In this document: positions 31,791 to 45,032 of the stretch, piece by piece
Position numbering within the stretch: position 1 is the stretch's first letter
Layout: each line of letters starts with the position of its first letter
Source: the human T2T-CHM13v2.0 reference genome, Homo sapiens
Length of the DNA stretch: 64,000 nucleotides
Strand: one strand, 5' to 3'
Assembly: GCF_009914755.1 (NCBI RefSeq)
Contig: NC_060936.1
Notes under the pieces: model-generated
The model's database searches: none
What the model saw: only the letters and a program-made list of their open reading frames with translations
What the model was told of the DNA's origin: nothing
Program-made: the position numbers and the translations under genes

Positions 31791-32185
31791 TGTGATGGTT
31801 TATTTTATATGTCAACTTGGCTGGACTATGATACCCAGTTATTTGGTCAAACACCAGTCTAGATGGTGCTGTGAAGGTATTTTTTCAGATGTGATTAACC
31901 TTTAAATTAGCAGACTTTGAGTACAGCCAATTATCCTCCATAACGTGGGTGGGCCTCATCCAATCAGTTGAAGACCTTAAAAGAAAAGACTGAAGTCCCC
32001 CAAGAAAGAAGGAATTCTACCTCCGCACTTTCTTGAGATTCAAGACTGCAACATCAGCTCTTCTCTGCAGTCTGCTGGCCTCCTCTTCAGATTTTGGACT
32101 TGCAAGCCCCGATAATTGCTTATAAAATTGATGAACCAATTCCTTAAAATAAATCTCTGTCTCTCTCTCTACATACATACATATG

Positions 32186-32218
<33 letters not shown>

Positions 32219-32270
32219 GAGAGGCTCACGTTCTATTGGTTTTGTTTTCCTGGAGAACCCTGAATAACGC
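31791..32270 (+). mobile_element. MLT2 (ERVL) LTR
   Basis: tgtgatggtttattttatatgtcaacttggctgg start; tttcctggagaaccctgaataacgca end; internal CA/GA microsatellite typical of MLT2. Confidence 0.9.
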
Positions 32271-33420
32271 AGATTTTGGTACTAATAGTGGTTCTAGAGG
32301 AACAAAATCTTAAGGATGAGTTTTATGAATTGATGCTGTAATTCATAAATTGATTCTAGAATTGGTTCTCTAATCTGATAAAAATTTAATGACACTAATG
32401 ATTCTGTATCCAGTAGTAAAGAGGGCACTGATAATCCATGGCATGATGTGGCAATAGATATATACAAAATCTCATCATTACATATTCCTAATCAAATACT
32501 TACAGTAGGCAAAGTTCTGAGTGAACATATATTTGATAACCTAGGACATTTTTGTCAAACTTACAAGCATAATTAGATTGGCTGGCTGCTCCCCATTGCA
32601 CTGGACAAAGTGGGAAAAGAAAAGGATGAGCTTAGAGATTCAAATTCCCAGCTGAACTGCAATATGACCTGCAAGTTTTGATGTCTTCCCGGAAAGAAAC
32701 TCGTGTCTCTTATAGCCACAGAACTGAGATTACTGAAAACCTTCACCTGGTAAGGTACTGAATTCTCAACCTCACAAGATGTCTGCTGTCTAAGTGAGGG
32801 ATTTAATTGGGATGGAATAGAATTCTGAAAATTAGGATGGGGCCATAGGGGAAGACCTGATGAGGTTGGGAACATTGAAACCCTAAATTCTACTGTTTCT
32901 CCTTTAACAGTAGAGACAACCATCCACCTCTGTGTGAGAATATTAATCCTACTTTGCTTGAAGAAATTGAATCTCTCCTGAGATAACTGCCTTGAAAGGC
33001 ACTCCTGATTCTCCTCAGCACCCATCCCATCAGCCCTCTTTACATCTAGACTCAAGTCCCAGCAGGCTCCAAAATGTGAGGTACAAAGTGTCTTATGTGG
33101 AAGTGCACACAAACAACCATGATTTTTCCAATTTACACAGACAGAAATCAGAATATATGTGGGAATGAATATTAAGGATGTGAGATAATGCTGGAAGGAA
33201 CATAAAGTTGGGTCAGGGTGAATTTACTGATATGAGCCCTAAGCAGAGATTCTAGATTTAATGATGCAGCTAAGGGTTAGAAAGGCTCTAATAGTTTGTT
33301 GGACTGGTTGGGTGAAACATGTATCCAAAGGTGGCCTACACTTAATGAAGTTAAAAGGCCAAACTGCTTCTGTATATGGTAGGGGAAGGGATCCAAAGGA
33401 TCATAGTCAGGGTTGTCTAC
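32271..33420 (+). mobile_element. ERVL internal fragment (leader and decayed gag-like region)
   Basis: gattttggtactaatagtggttctagaggaac directly after the LTR; ERVL-like ggaaggaacataaagttgggtcagg motif; end approximate. Confidence 0.75.
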
Positions 33421-33607
33421 TAATTTCTTACTTTACCTGTATAAGTGGAAGAGTTCCAGGTGAAGTGAACTGAAGTCTAATTTAAAGACAAGAGTCATGG
33501 CCCCTCAATCAATTCCCACATGTAAGCCAGTTTATAGACCCAGAAGCCCTTCCTATGAGGAATACTATTTCTCTTATCAGGAAATAATAAACAAGAACAA
33601 GTCTTAC

Positions 33608-33928
33608 CTGAGCAGGTTACAATCACATCCTCTCTGTGTACACAATTATGCTTTCCCCATCCACTGTGTTCACAGTCCCAGATATTTGACTCATTTCCAA
33701 TGCAAGAAACGTCATCCAGCCAAATAGGTCCTGATGCTTCTTTAAAATAGGTCATACCAAACACATGCATAGGCTTTCCACATCCCAATTGTTTACACAC
33801 AACAGCTGCATTCCTTGTGCTCCATCTGTCATGACACACAGTCCCCCACTCTCCTTGGTATTTCACCTCCAATCTCCCATAACAGGGGCTATGAGCCCCG
33901 ACAAGCCTTAGGTCCAGATCTGCCTTAT
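33608..33928 (-). CDS. CD163L1: CD163L1 exon, SRCR domain 5 (DKADLDLRLVGA...DVIVTCS), 321 nt
   Basis: gcag acceptor, G|gtaaga donor, 8-Cys SRCR. Confidence 0.97.
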
Positions 33929-34447
33929 CTGCAAGCAAGACAAAACCACATATTTGAGATCAAATGAGAGAGTCTTTTCAGAAGACTGAAAAGACTCTCT
34001 AAATTCACGACTATAAGGCTTTGCCTAACAGGTGATATATTAGGCACACTTTTGAATGAAAAGTTTGGTTTTCTTTCTTTTGACAATTTTTTATTCAATT
34101 TTTGGAGAGAAGGTGTCTCTAAAGCATGAAACGACGACAGCAAATTTACTGAAGTAAAGCCTGGGGAATGTTATGAAGCCTCCAAGAATGACGGATTTGG
34201 ATAAGATGAGCAACGTGGAAGCATGCAGAGAAGTTCTTTGAGGTATGGATACATTCAGGAGATAGCACTGGCAGGTTTCTGCAGTGGAGTCCAGCATTAG
34301 CACCAAAGCTTATCCCCTCATAGTCGTCATTTTAGTTTGTCCACTCATGTTTTATAAGATAAAGGGAGGCATATGTATATGAAACTGCCCTTTCATAAAA
34401 TAAATTCCTTTTTAATTCTTAATTTTTCCACTGTTCAAAGCACTTGA

Positions 34448-35237
<790 letters not shown>

Positions 35238-35855
35238 AAGAAATATTTTACTATGTAGGTACTATTATGATATAGGAAAGGTATAATATTTTATAATGGG
35301 TCACTTTAAAAATTCTAAAAGTGTTCAATTTCTTTACTTGCTATCCAGTATGACAACTCTTCCATGTGTATATAATAATCTTACATTCTATTCAACCTAG
35401 TATGTGTGTGTGTGTATTTTAAAACATAACATTTAATGATTGCATAGGATACCATCATATAGAGATATAGAGATTCTGTAAGTTATTTAATCAAGACACA
35501 ATTCTTGGTTACCTATGTTATGGTTAATTTTTCATTTTCACAAATTACACTGCTACGGACATCCTTACACATAAAGTTTTGAGTATGTCACCAAGTGCTT
35601 CCACAATATAATGGAAACCAATGTATTCAATGTAGGTTAAATGTGTGGGGGTATGAACAGATATATGACGCATGTATATATAATATGTATCATTTCCAGA
35701 TATACTAAATAAAAATTCATAGAAACAAAGCAAAGAAAAACTTTTAATTCCTGATGCAAACAAATATATAAATGAAGTAGTGTATCCTGTTCTAGTATAG
35801 GATAACTGGATAGTATAATGATATAATTTCTGCACAAATCAAACCAATTTATATT

Positions 35856-36027
35856 TATATTGTATTTTAATAGACTGGGTTTTGCTATGTTGCCCAGGCT
35901 GGAGTGGAGTGGCTATTTACAGGTGCAATCATAGCACCTTACAGTCTCTATCTCCTGGGCTCAAGTGATATTCCTGCCTCAGCCTCCTGAGTTGCTGGGA
36001 CAACAGGCATGTGCCACCATGCCCAAC
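35856..36027 (-). mobile_element. Monomeric Alu (FAM/FLAM-like)
   Basis: Single arm: ttgctatgttgcccaggctggagtggagtggctatttacagg ... gccaccatgcccaacc. Confidence 0.8.
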
Positions 36028-36394
36028 CAATTCATAGGTTTAATATTACCTTAAAAACAATTCCAATGTCAATTCATATTTAGAAGAACAAAAAGGAAAA
36101 AGTAGCAAGGAATTTTATGAAAAATAAGAATACTTAGGCAATATATATCTCAGTAGGTATTAGCCTATAGAAAGCTACAGTAGTTAAAATGTGATGGTTC
36201 TAGAAATAGAAGAGGGGGATTATGTATTTTATAAAGGGACTCTATAAAATACACAGAGTTCTTACACATTATGAAGACAAAGACATCACACAGCAGAAAA
36301 ATGGCCAAAGAAGCAGAAATGCTAACACATAAACAAATACAAATAAGTTGCTAATAAAGAATTAGGAAAAAGCTGTCATTTGTTATCAAGGAAG

Positions 36395-36650
36395 TAAGAT
36401 TTTTGAACATTGACTTTGGAGTTAAATCAGTTCATATCTGAACTCCAGCTTCACTACTGCTCTGATAGGTGAGTGACCTGGGTGAGTTACTTTCTCTCAG
36501 TACCTCTATTTCCTCACTGTAAAATAGAGATAGAATAGTAACCCCCTTCTTGGGATTCCATGAAGATTCCATGAACCCATATACATAAACTAATAGAACA
36601 CTGCCTGGCACACCATAAATATTCAATAAATGTTAATTAATATTATTATA
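36395..36650 (+). mobile_element. MIR
   Basis: gtgacctgggtgagttactt...cagtacctctatttcctcactgtaaaatagagatagaatagta; cctggcacacc...tcaataaatgtt. Confidence 0.8.
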
Positions 36651-37413
36651 TTTTAAAAATCAGATTCAGTTATTCTAAAATATGAAAATATTCAGTGTTA
36701 ATATGATATAGTGGAATAATAGGGAACTGAAATTGAATAGAAGAAAAAAACACAATTTATAGATGATAATTTGTTAATATGTATCCAAGACTTTAAAAAA
36801 AGATGCATATGGTTTTACATGACAATTTCATTTTTAAGTATTTGGCAAACTATATAATCAAGTGTGAAAAATGTATTTCTCAGTATATCAAATAAAATCA
36901 TATTTTTAACAGCAAAAATTTGAAAACCTTTTAAAACTTAACATTATGAGGTAGTTAAATAAATTATAGTACATTTATGCAATATAGTAAGTAGCCTTTA
37001 ACATTAAGATAGATTAGTAATGGCCATGTGGAATATGTCTGTGGTATATTGTTCAGCACAAAGGGTACACACATACACACACACAATCCAGAAACATAAA
37101 CAACAAAAAAATCACAAAAGATTTGAATGAATGGTAGCGTTGCATGTGGATTTAAAAAATTATTTTTTTTTTGTATTTTGACCTTTTCACTGGGTTTATA
37201 ATTTGAAAAAGTAGTTTCCAAAAAGCAAAAAGTAATTTTTATAATGTTTTATATCAATCTATAAAAAAGAGAAAAGTAAAATAAAATTAAAGTGTACAAA
37301 AGAATTGATAGTTAACTTTGTCTACCAAATTGATCACACTAAATGTGAACAGAATACATAGATAAATAGATTCATAAAACAAATTCCACTCTGCAATTTC
37401 TGGATACCATTAT

Positions 37414-37491
37414 ATATTATACTAACCTGACATTCTTGAATATAAGATATATGTAAGGTGTACATTCAAGAATGTCAGGTTAGTATAATAT
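37414..37491. repeat. Perfect 28-bp inverted repeat with 22-nt spacer
   Basis: atattatactaacctgacattcttgaat (37414-37441) and exact reverse complement (37464-37491). Confidence 0.97.
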
Positions 37492-37967
37492 TAATAGTGA
37501 AAAATTATCCAACAGCCTAAACACCAAGAATAGAGATCAGGCTAAATTTACTGTACACATATGATAGAATAACATAAAGTTTTTTAATTTTAATTTTTAA
37601 GTAATTAGTTTAAGGGTGTGGGAAAATGCAAATGTTATAGCAAGTGAGAAACAAGATACAAAATAAGGAGTTGCATTATTTATATTTCTATCTTTCCATC
37701 CACATATAAGGTATTTGTGTGTGTGTGTGTGTTTCATTTACAAGAACATCATTCTTCATTTATCCTATATCTATCATCTATCAGGCTTTTAGGATATCAA
37801 TAAATAACAAGACTATCAGGTATACCTTCATGTAAACAGCATCGTTGGAAATGGTTATGTAGGCTCACAATACTCCCCAGACACCTGTGCACCCTCCCAC
37901 TTAGGACTCTCTAGATATTCCTTTTTTTCCCTTCATAAAGTGCCACAGAGAATAATGCTGTCTCGAT

Positions 37968-38277
37968 TTTATTTATTTATTTCATTTTTTTTTTTTAACA
38001 AGATGAGGTCTCACTCTGTTGCCCAGGCTGGAGTGCAGTGACCCAATCACGGCTCACTGCAGCCTCGAATTTCTGGGATCAAGCAATCCTCCCGCCTTAG
38101 TCTACTGAGTAGCTAGGACCACAGGTATGCACCACCACACCCAGCTAATTTTTAAATTTTTTGCAGAGGGAGTCTTGCTATATTACCCAAGTTGATTGTG
38201 AATCTTGGCCTCAAGTGATCTTCCTGTGGTAGTCTCCCAAAGTGTTGGGGTTACAGGTGTGAGCCACTGCACCTAGC
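37968..38277 (-). mobile_element. AluJ-type element
   Basis: poly-T, gtctcactctgttgcccaggctggagtgcagtg, cactgcagcctcga, gagccactgcacctagc. Confidence 0.92.
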
Positions 38278-38879
38278 TTTGTTTTTTAAATATCTAACCT
38301 GTTTTTTCTGTTTAAAAGTTCTTGGAAATGTTTTATACTTAAAATATTTCATAAGTATTATACACATAGATTTTCTTTGTTTTCAATTCTACTAATGACA
38401 TTCTAGATGCTTACAGAATTATACATCGTATCAACATATGCATATAAATATATCTATATCAGCTATTTGGATTTGTATATATTCCTAATTCTCTATAATA
38501 AGCCTTAATTTATAATCAGAAATAAACAATGTATATTATTAAATAAAAAAGTTAAAAAGCAGCAGAAAAGCTGTTAAGAAAACTGTAAATTAGTACAACT
38601 CATTAGTTTTCTATGAAGAGAGGTTGCCCAGTTATTTTAGAGATACAGATTATACTCATGCAGTGGTAGCAGCTGCATCTGATTTCAGGGGAGACTGCTA
38701 GTGAGAAGAAACTCTCTTTTTACAATGTGCATTTGAAAAGTTCTTTGTGCAGCTTAAGAGTATTTTGGGTTTTTTTTTAAGGTCCAGAAAACCTTTTCTT
38801 CAAGCTATTGTTTCTAACCTCCCAACAGATTATTTCTAAAAATTCAAATGTGTACACTCTCATGATCTTTGAACCTTAC

Positions 38880-39200
38880 CAGAACAAATTACTCCAGCAT
38901 CTGATCTTCGGAAGCATGTTCGCTTTGCTTTTCCATCATATGTGCAGTCCCAGAGAGCTGACTCATTCCCAGTGCAAGATATGCTGTTTATCCAAATGTC
39001 TCTAGCTTCATTACTAGGTTTAGCACGACGACTGCCAAAGACGCTGAACGGACATCCTAGCTGCTTACAAACCACAAGGGCTTGTTCATTCTTCCAGTTC
39101 TGGTCACATATTGTCCACCACTGTTCATGAATTCTCACCTCTACTCTCCCTGAACAATTGTTACTTCCATCTGCTAGTCGCAGTTCCAAATCTGCTCCAT
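38880..39200 (-). CDS. CD163L1: CD163L1 exon, SRCR domain 4 (DGADLELRLADG...DAGVICS), 321 nt
   Basis: cctag acceptor, G|gtaagg donor, 8-Cys SRCR, phase 1-1. Confidence 0.97.
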
Positions 39201-41736
39201 CTAGGATGAAGTCACAGAGAAACGTCTGAATTGGGTTTGGGACAATATCATCAGCATCCCTCTCCTCCAACCCCTCCAATGTGAAGATTAGATGTATCCT
39301 TCACATACTGAGAAAAGTAAAGACTAAAGACTGGAAATCATTTTGTTTTAAAATTTTAAAGATTGAAATTTTAAAGATTTTAAAGATTGAAATTTTAAAG
39401 ATTGTTTCATAACGACTTGTCAGTCTTTATGAAAACAATCTTCTTTTAAATATGAAAATTGAAATTATAATCCTAAGAACCTTGCTTTAGCCTTACTAAA
39501 ATTTAAGAAACTAAACATTGCAATAAAAAGCCATATAAACCTATATATCATTAATTACATTAATTTTCAAAATATTAGAGTGGTTATTTTTAACACCGTA
39601 AAATAAAATAGTGTTGGGAAATACTTGCATTTCAGTAACTTCAGAAAGAAAAGGGACAAAAGGAATGCACAATTAGCAAAAAGTCTCTCTTGGATTTAAA
39701 TAGAAATATGTTCTTTCTCATACTGTTTTCTACGAAGAAGCAAGCCTTTGCTTATTAAACATATTTGTCATAGGAAATGAAATTTGTTCAGTGGTAATTT
39801 TTGAAGAAACTGTGTGTTTTTGCTCCATCAGCATATACATCACGTTACTTCTTTGTGTTCCTGTGACTCTGCTTTTTCATGCATACAAATAAATATATTA
39901 AATAACCCCAAGAAAGTAAAAATGTGGAGAACTTTTCTTGAAATAATTGAGGAAAGGAGATATAATTTCTATGTCTCATCTCCTCCCATTATTCAAGTTT
40001 TTCATACATCATTACAAAAATATAATTTGCTATCTAGTGAGAAATCTGGTTCACATTGAATAGGTTAGTCTTCGGAGATTTGGAGGTTTATTTTCCTATA
40101 AATAATGTAGGTCATAATGATAGTTCTCAACCTATACCTGTTGAGAACTTCCTGGTTGCCAGGCACATTTTAGGTATTTTCCCTGCACTATTTTATTTAA
40201 TGCTGTTATCCTAGTCATGATATAAGAAATCTGCAACTTGGAGATTGATTTATACAGGGTCACATAATTATCAAGTGACAGATTTTAAACTGTGAAACTG
40301 TGAACTGTTTTTGTTTGGGAAAAAAAAATCCTCTGACTACAGGGCTGAAGAGAAGGCCAATGTATCTAACTACCCATTTTCCTGTGGGTTGGCCATACAC
40401 ATCTGTTTTCACTGTTGGGACGGTTTTCCAACCTTATTTTCACATCTGCATCATTCTTCATGGCCCTTCCTTACTCTTCCAGAGGCAAATAGTTCCAGAA
40501 GTCCCAGAGTTTGAATAGCAACTGGTCTGACAGTTAAGGATGTTATATCAAGTCAGAAGTACACAGTTATGAATTCACTTCATTGTAAGAAAATTTATCA
40601 AAATGATTAAGATTCTCTCTGTTTCCTCCCCCCTTCTCTCATCTCTCTCATCTTCTCATGTCTCCCTCTTTTCTCTCCTAACTTTCGTCTACCTCTCTTT
40701 TCTGTTATGTGGAGAAAAATTTTTCTTATAAAATGATGGATTGATTAAATATACTATGGGAAACTCTTTTGAATGGTGAAAGTGGTTGGTCCCCAGATAA
40801 AACTTGCAAGCAAACTAGTATAAACAGAAAGAAAAGGATTAAAAGATGTTCTGAATATATTATCTTTCCCAAAAGTCCTATAAGGATGGCATAAATCCCG
40901 TGGCTAAGGTACAGCTAAACCCATAAACCTCTTCGTCTACATATGTTTTTCTATGTATATCGTTCCCTGCGGCATACTCTAGACTTAAGAAAAACTCTTC
41001 TTAAAAGATGTGACCTGATCTCAAATTCTATAGGAAATAAGATTAAGGCATCCTGTGTAAGGCTGGTAACGTAAGGTCAGTAATAATTTACGAAAGAAGC
41101 CTCTTCCATCAAGACAAACTGACTCTCAGAGGAAAATCGTTGGCTCTACATCTAGGGATTCTCCTTTCGTAAGAATATTAGAAGGTGTGGGTTTAATCTT
41201 ATTAAGAGAGTGAACAGGTTTCATTACATCTTTGAACATAAAATACTACTGTGAGAGAAATATGAAGGATATTTTAATCCCTGATATACAAAACTATAAA
41301 TAAACAGCGAGGGGTAACTTGCTTGTAGTTGAAAGTTGCAAACTAGAAAACAAATGGCTGCAGACAAAAATTTTACTAGTATAAGGTACAAAGTAATTAG
41401 CAAAGTCATAAATTTTTAGATAGGTACTCTTTGGAAATAGTTTATTTTAATGAAAGGAAGTGCTAAAACAAACTCAGTTATAACCTAGAAAAATATAGTT
41501 GTGTCTATGAATATGCAAAGTGATTACACATTTTAAAATTATACTGAATATTAATATAAGCCATGCACTTGTATAGATTAACAGCAATTTTGACTAGATT
41601 GGACATTTTGTTGCACCAATTAGAATTAAGTAAAATGGTGTGTTGGGGGTGGGTAAAAACCTTATTCCCATGAGGCTTACAATGTAATATGCTGCATAAA
41701 ATGCAGACATGTTCCCTAAGGAAACATTGAAAGTGT

Positions 41737-41810
41737 CAATTCTTACACATCACAATTGGTTGTAACTTCTTCACAATTCTTACACATCACAATTGGTTGT
41801 AACTTTTTCA
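41737..41810 (+). repeat. 37-bp tandem duplication (2 copies)
   Basis: caattcttacacatcacaattggttgtaactt(c/t)ttca x2, one mismatch. Confidence 0.95.
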
Positions 41811-41876
41811 GGGTTTGGTCCTAGTTCTCCAAAAAAGAAATTTTATCTGATGTAATCATGTGGATGTAAGTCTTAC

Positions 41877-42197
41877 CTGAGCAGATCACAGACACATCGT
41901 TTTGATGAAGACAGTCAAAATTGACGGTTCCGGAATGTCTGCAGTCCCAAAGAAAAGATTCATTACCGGAGCAGGAGACACCATCAAGCCATACAACATC
42001 AGACCCTGACTGCAAATGAGGCAAGCCAGCGAAGTGAAGTGCGGTTCCACATCCCAACTGCTTGCATACGACATCAGCTGCAGCATTGTTCCACTTATGG
42101 TGGCATACGGTCCCCCACCTTCCTTGGATTTTCAGCTCTACTCTCCCCATACAGCGGTTAGTTCCACCTACAAGCCTTAGTTCAAGATCACTACTAT
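41877..42197 (-). CDS. CD163L1: CD163L1 exon, SRCR domain 3 (DSSDLELRLVGG...DVSVICS), 321 nt
   Basis: cag acceptor at 42200-42198, G|gtaaga donor at 41876; 8-Cys group-B SRCR pattern; matches recalled CD163L1 protein. Confidence 0.97.
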
Positions 42198-42840
42198 CTG
42201 AAACAGAGATATAAACACAAAGCCCAGGTGAAGTTTTGATCAGAAACTTCAGATTCCAGATCCTGCTATCCAAATAAACACAAATATATAATAAATTGAG
42301 ATTCAATGAATGTCTAACTCTTGCTTTTTAAAATTCTTGTACAAGTTTAATGTAATAGAATCTATCCCAGGAAAGGATCATACTATGATGTTGACAATCC
42401 ACCAGAATCTCTGGCATTTGGGGAATAAAGCACAACAGAGAGTAGAAATGCCCTTTCTGATTGTGAATCACAATAAATCAATCAAAGGTCAATAATGCAT
42501 GTAAATTTATTGTCAAAACATGAGCCTTTGCTGGCTCTGAGTCTAGCCAGCAAACATTTTAGAACTTAATAACTGTGTATAAGCAGTGGCAATAAGATAT
42601 CATTGTCATCACTGTGATCATCCTCTTTTTCCTATTTCAAAAATTTTTCTTCCTTTAAATGAACATTTAACTCCAACTTCTTGCAATATAACTTCCAATT
42701 ATTCATCTTACAGGAATTTACTCTTGAATGAAATGGAACAAACGAAACAAATGAAAAAATAAAACTTCTAAAGGTGAAAGCAAGTGTGACCAGCCATAAA
42801 TTATGGGCTTGTTATATTATTAAAATGCTCTGTTGATTTA

Positions 42841-43096
42841 ATTCAAAGTCTCAGCCTTTCCTTATTTCCTTACTTCTTTACATCACTTAGCAAAATTGAC
42901 CACTACGTATATGTATCATATGTAGTGGTCAATTTTACTAAGTGATATAAAGAAATAAGGAAATAAGGAAAAGCTGAGAATTTGGATATATATATACACA
43001 CACACACATATATATATACACACACATATATATAGTGATCAATTTTGCTAAGTGATATAAAGAAATATGGAAATAAGGAAAGCCTGAGAACTTGAA
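42841..43096. repeat. About 65-70-bp unit in inverted plus direct copies separated by TA/CA microsatellite
   Basis: 42841-42910 is the imperfect reverse complement of 42918-42987; 43029-43096 repeats the latter. Confidence 0.9.
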
Positions 43097-43127
43097 GATA
43101 TGTGTATATATACACACACACATCCAT

Positions 43128-43159
<32 letters not shown>

Positions 43160-43187
43160 ACACACACACACACATACACACACAAAA

Positions 43188-43378
43188 TCACCTCACCTTA
43201 TCCACAGGGGTGTGGTTCCCAGACTCCCATGGATATTAAAATCTGCAGATGCTCAAGTCCCTTAGTTGGCCTTCTAATCTGCTGGTTTCACACCCACAGA
43301 TTCAACTAAATGCAAAGTTTTAATCAGCGGTTGGTTGACTCCATGGATATGAAACCCACAGATTCTAAAGGCCAACTG
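43188..43378 (+). mobile_element. MER2-like (Tigger family) DNA transposon remnant
   Basis: ttatccacagggg...cagatgctcaagtccctt...ggatatgaaacccacagat...ggccaactg. Confidence 0.75.
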
Positions 43379-43547
43379 TGTGTGTACATATATATTTTTA
43401 CACTTAGCAAAACTGAACACTACATATATATATATATATATCATATATATGCCTAGGTCTTCCAAGAATCCAAGAATACATTGTCTGTCTGTCTCTCTCT
43501 CTCCAATTGCTTGTTTTGTCCCCGTATCTCTCAGTTAAATGAATGAG

Positions 43548-44000
43548 ATTTTTTTTACAGATTATTTACCTTTATTTAATAAATTAACAAAGTAAAATTA
43601 CTGGTTTTGTATGCATTTGTGTGTGTACAGTTCTTTGAGTTGTAATACAGGTATTAATTTGTGTAACTATTACCACAGTAAGAATATAGAACTTTGTTAC
43701 CCCATTCACTCATTGAAAGACAGTTAGTCACAGTGTATTATTATTTTAATATATTGCTAGATTCAAGAAATAGAATGTCACATTAGCAATATTTTTAAAC
43801 TATTTCCACTTTTGTATTTTTATCGATACATATCAGTTGTATGTATTTTGGGGATACATGTGATATTCTGATACCTATATACAGTGTGAAATATTCAAAT
43901 TAGAGTAATTTGGATATCCATCACCTCAAAAATGTGTATTTTATTTGTGGCAAGAACACTCCAAATTTTCTCTTCTAACTATTTAGATGTTCTTTTCTTA
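43548..44000 (-). mobile_element. Old L1M 3'UTR fragments
   Basis: gtatgtattttggggatacatgtgatattctgatac...ggatatccatcacctcaaa; boundaries approximate. Confidence 0.65.
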
Positions 44001-44683
44001 ATCTAATAATTGATTCAGGAAATAGATTCCCAGAAATAATGTGGAACCTTGGATCTAGGCATACTCCAAGTGATTCACAATTGGGCACGCCAGCTCTTTG
44101 AGTCAAAACACTGCCTCTGCTTTTGTTATTTTGAGCTGAGATTCTGTTCTTTGCAAAAGCCTTTCCCTGCTTCAGTTTTGTACTTGTACTTTTTTGACTA
44201 CCATGTCTAGGAAAGAGCATAGGATAAAAAGGGAGATAGCCAACGCCCAACATGGTTTGTTTTCCTTTTTCTCTCCTTGGTGCCCAACATCCAACCAGTC
44301 ATCCAAGGGAAAAAAAGAAGAAATAAAGAAGAATCATACTTCTCATTGCTATTGCATGTGTATATGACTTCTATGGAAGGTGAGATCATTGAGGCCATAC
44401 AGTAAGTTTATAAACCTACAGATGGAATTAGCATTTTTCCAAGAAGAGATTATCACAGTGTTATGTATTTTAAAAGAGACAGTCAATAGATAAGGAATAT
44501 TAATTCAAAATGTGTTTTTTTAAGTAAGCATAAGAAAGGAAGCCATGTGTCATTTGTAAATATATTTAAGTGTATTCAAAATCTCCTCATAAAGTAAGTT
44601 TTATTTTTGTATACTAATTTATGTAAAATCTGCCTAAATGTAGCACACAAAGTTCAGAACCCACCAAAGGAGACCCTCAATAA

Positions 44684-45032
44684 CAGCATTTCCCAACCTT
44701 TTTGGCACCGAAGACTGCTTTTGTGGAAAAAAATTTTTCCACGGGGGTCGGGGGGAATGGAGGGGACAGCGATGGTTTCAGGATGAAACTGTTCTGCCTC
44801 AGATAATCAGGCATTAGATTCTCATAGGGAGTGAGCAACCTAGATCCCCCAAATGCACAGTTCACAATAGGGTTTGCGCTCCTGTGAGAATCTAATGCCA
44901 GCCCTGATCTGAGAGGAGGTGGAGCTCTATCAGTAATGCTCTCTTGCCCGCCTCTCACCGCCCACTGCGTGGCCCAATTCCTAACATACCGTGACCGGTA
45001 CCAGTTTACAGCCCGGGGGTTGGAGACCCCTG
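44684..45032 (+). mobile_element. MER1B-like hAT-Charlie element
   Basis: cagcatttcccaacctttttggcacc ... ggggttggagacccctg terminal inverted repeats; aggcattagattctcataggga core. Confidence 0.88.

Noticed and set aside
32573-33112. 179-aa minus-strand ORF
   Set aside because: Antisense to decayed ERVL internal sequence; no recognisable domain
39201-39279. In-frame upstream extension of the SRCR4 exon (MEGLEERDADD...) and similar extensions of other exons
   Set aside because: Intronic sequence that lacks stops by chance; the nearest upstream AG is 25 nt away and out of frame
39350-39404. Short repeated aaattttaaagattg units
   Set aside because: Simple slippage-type repeat; no unique spacers, not CRISPR-like
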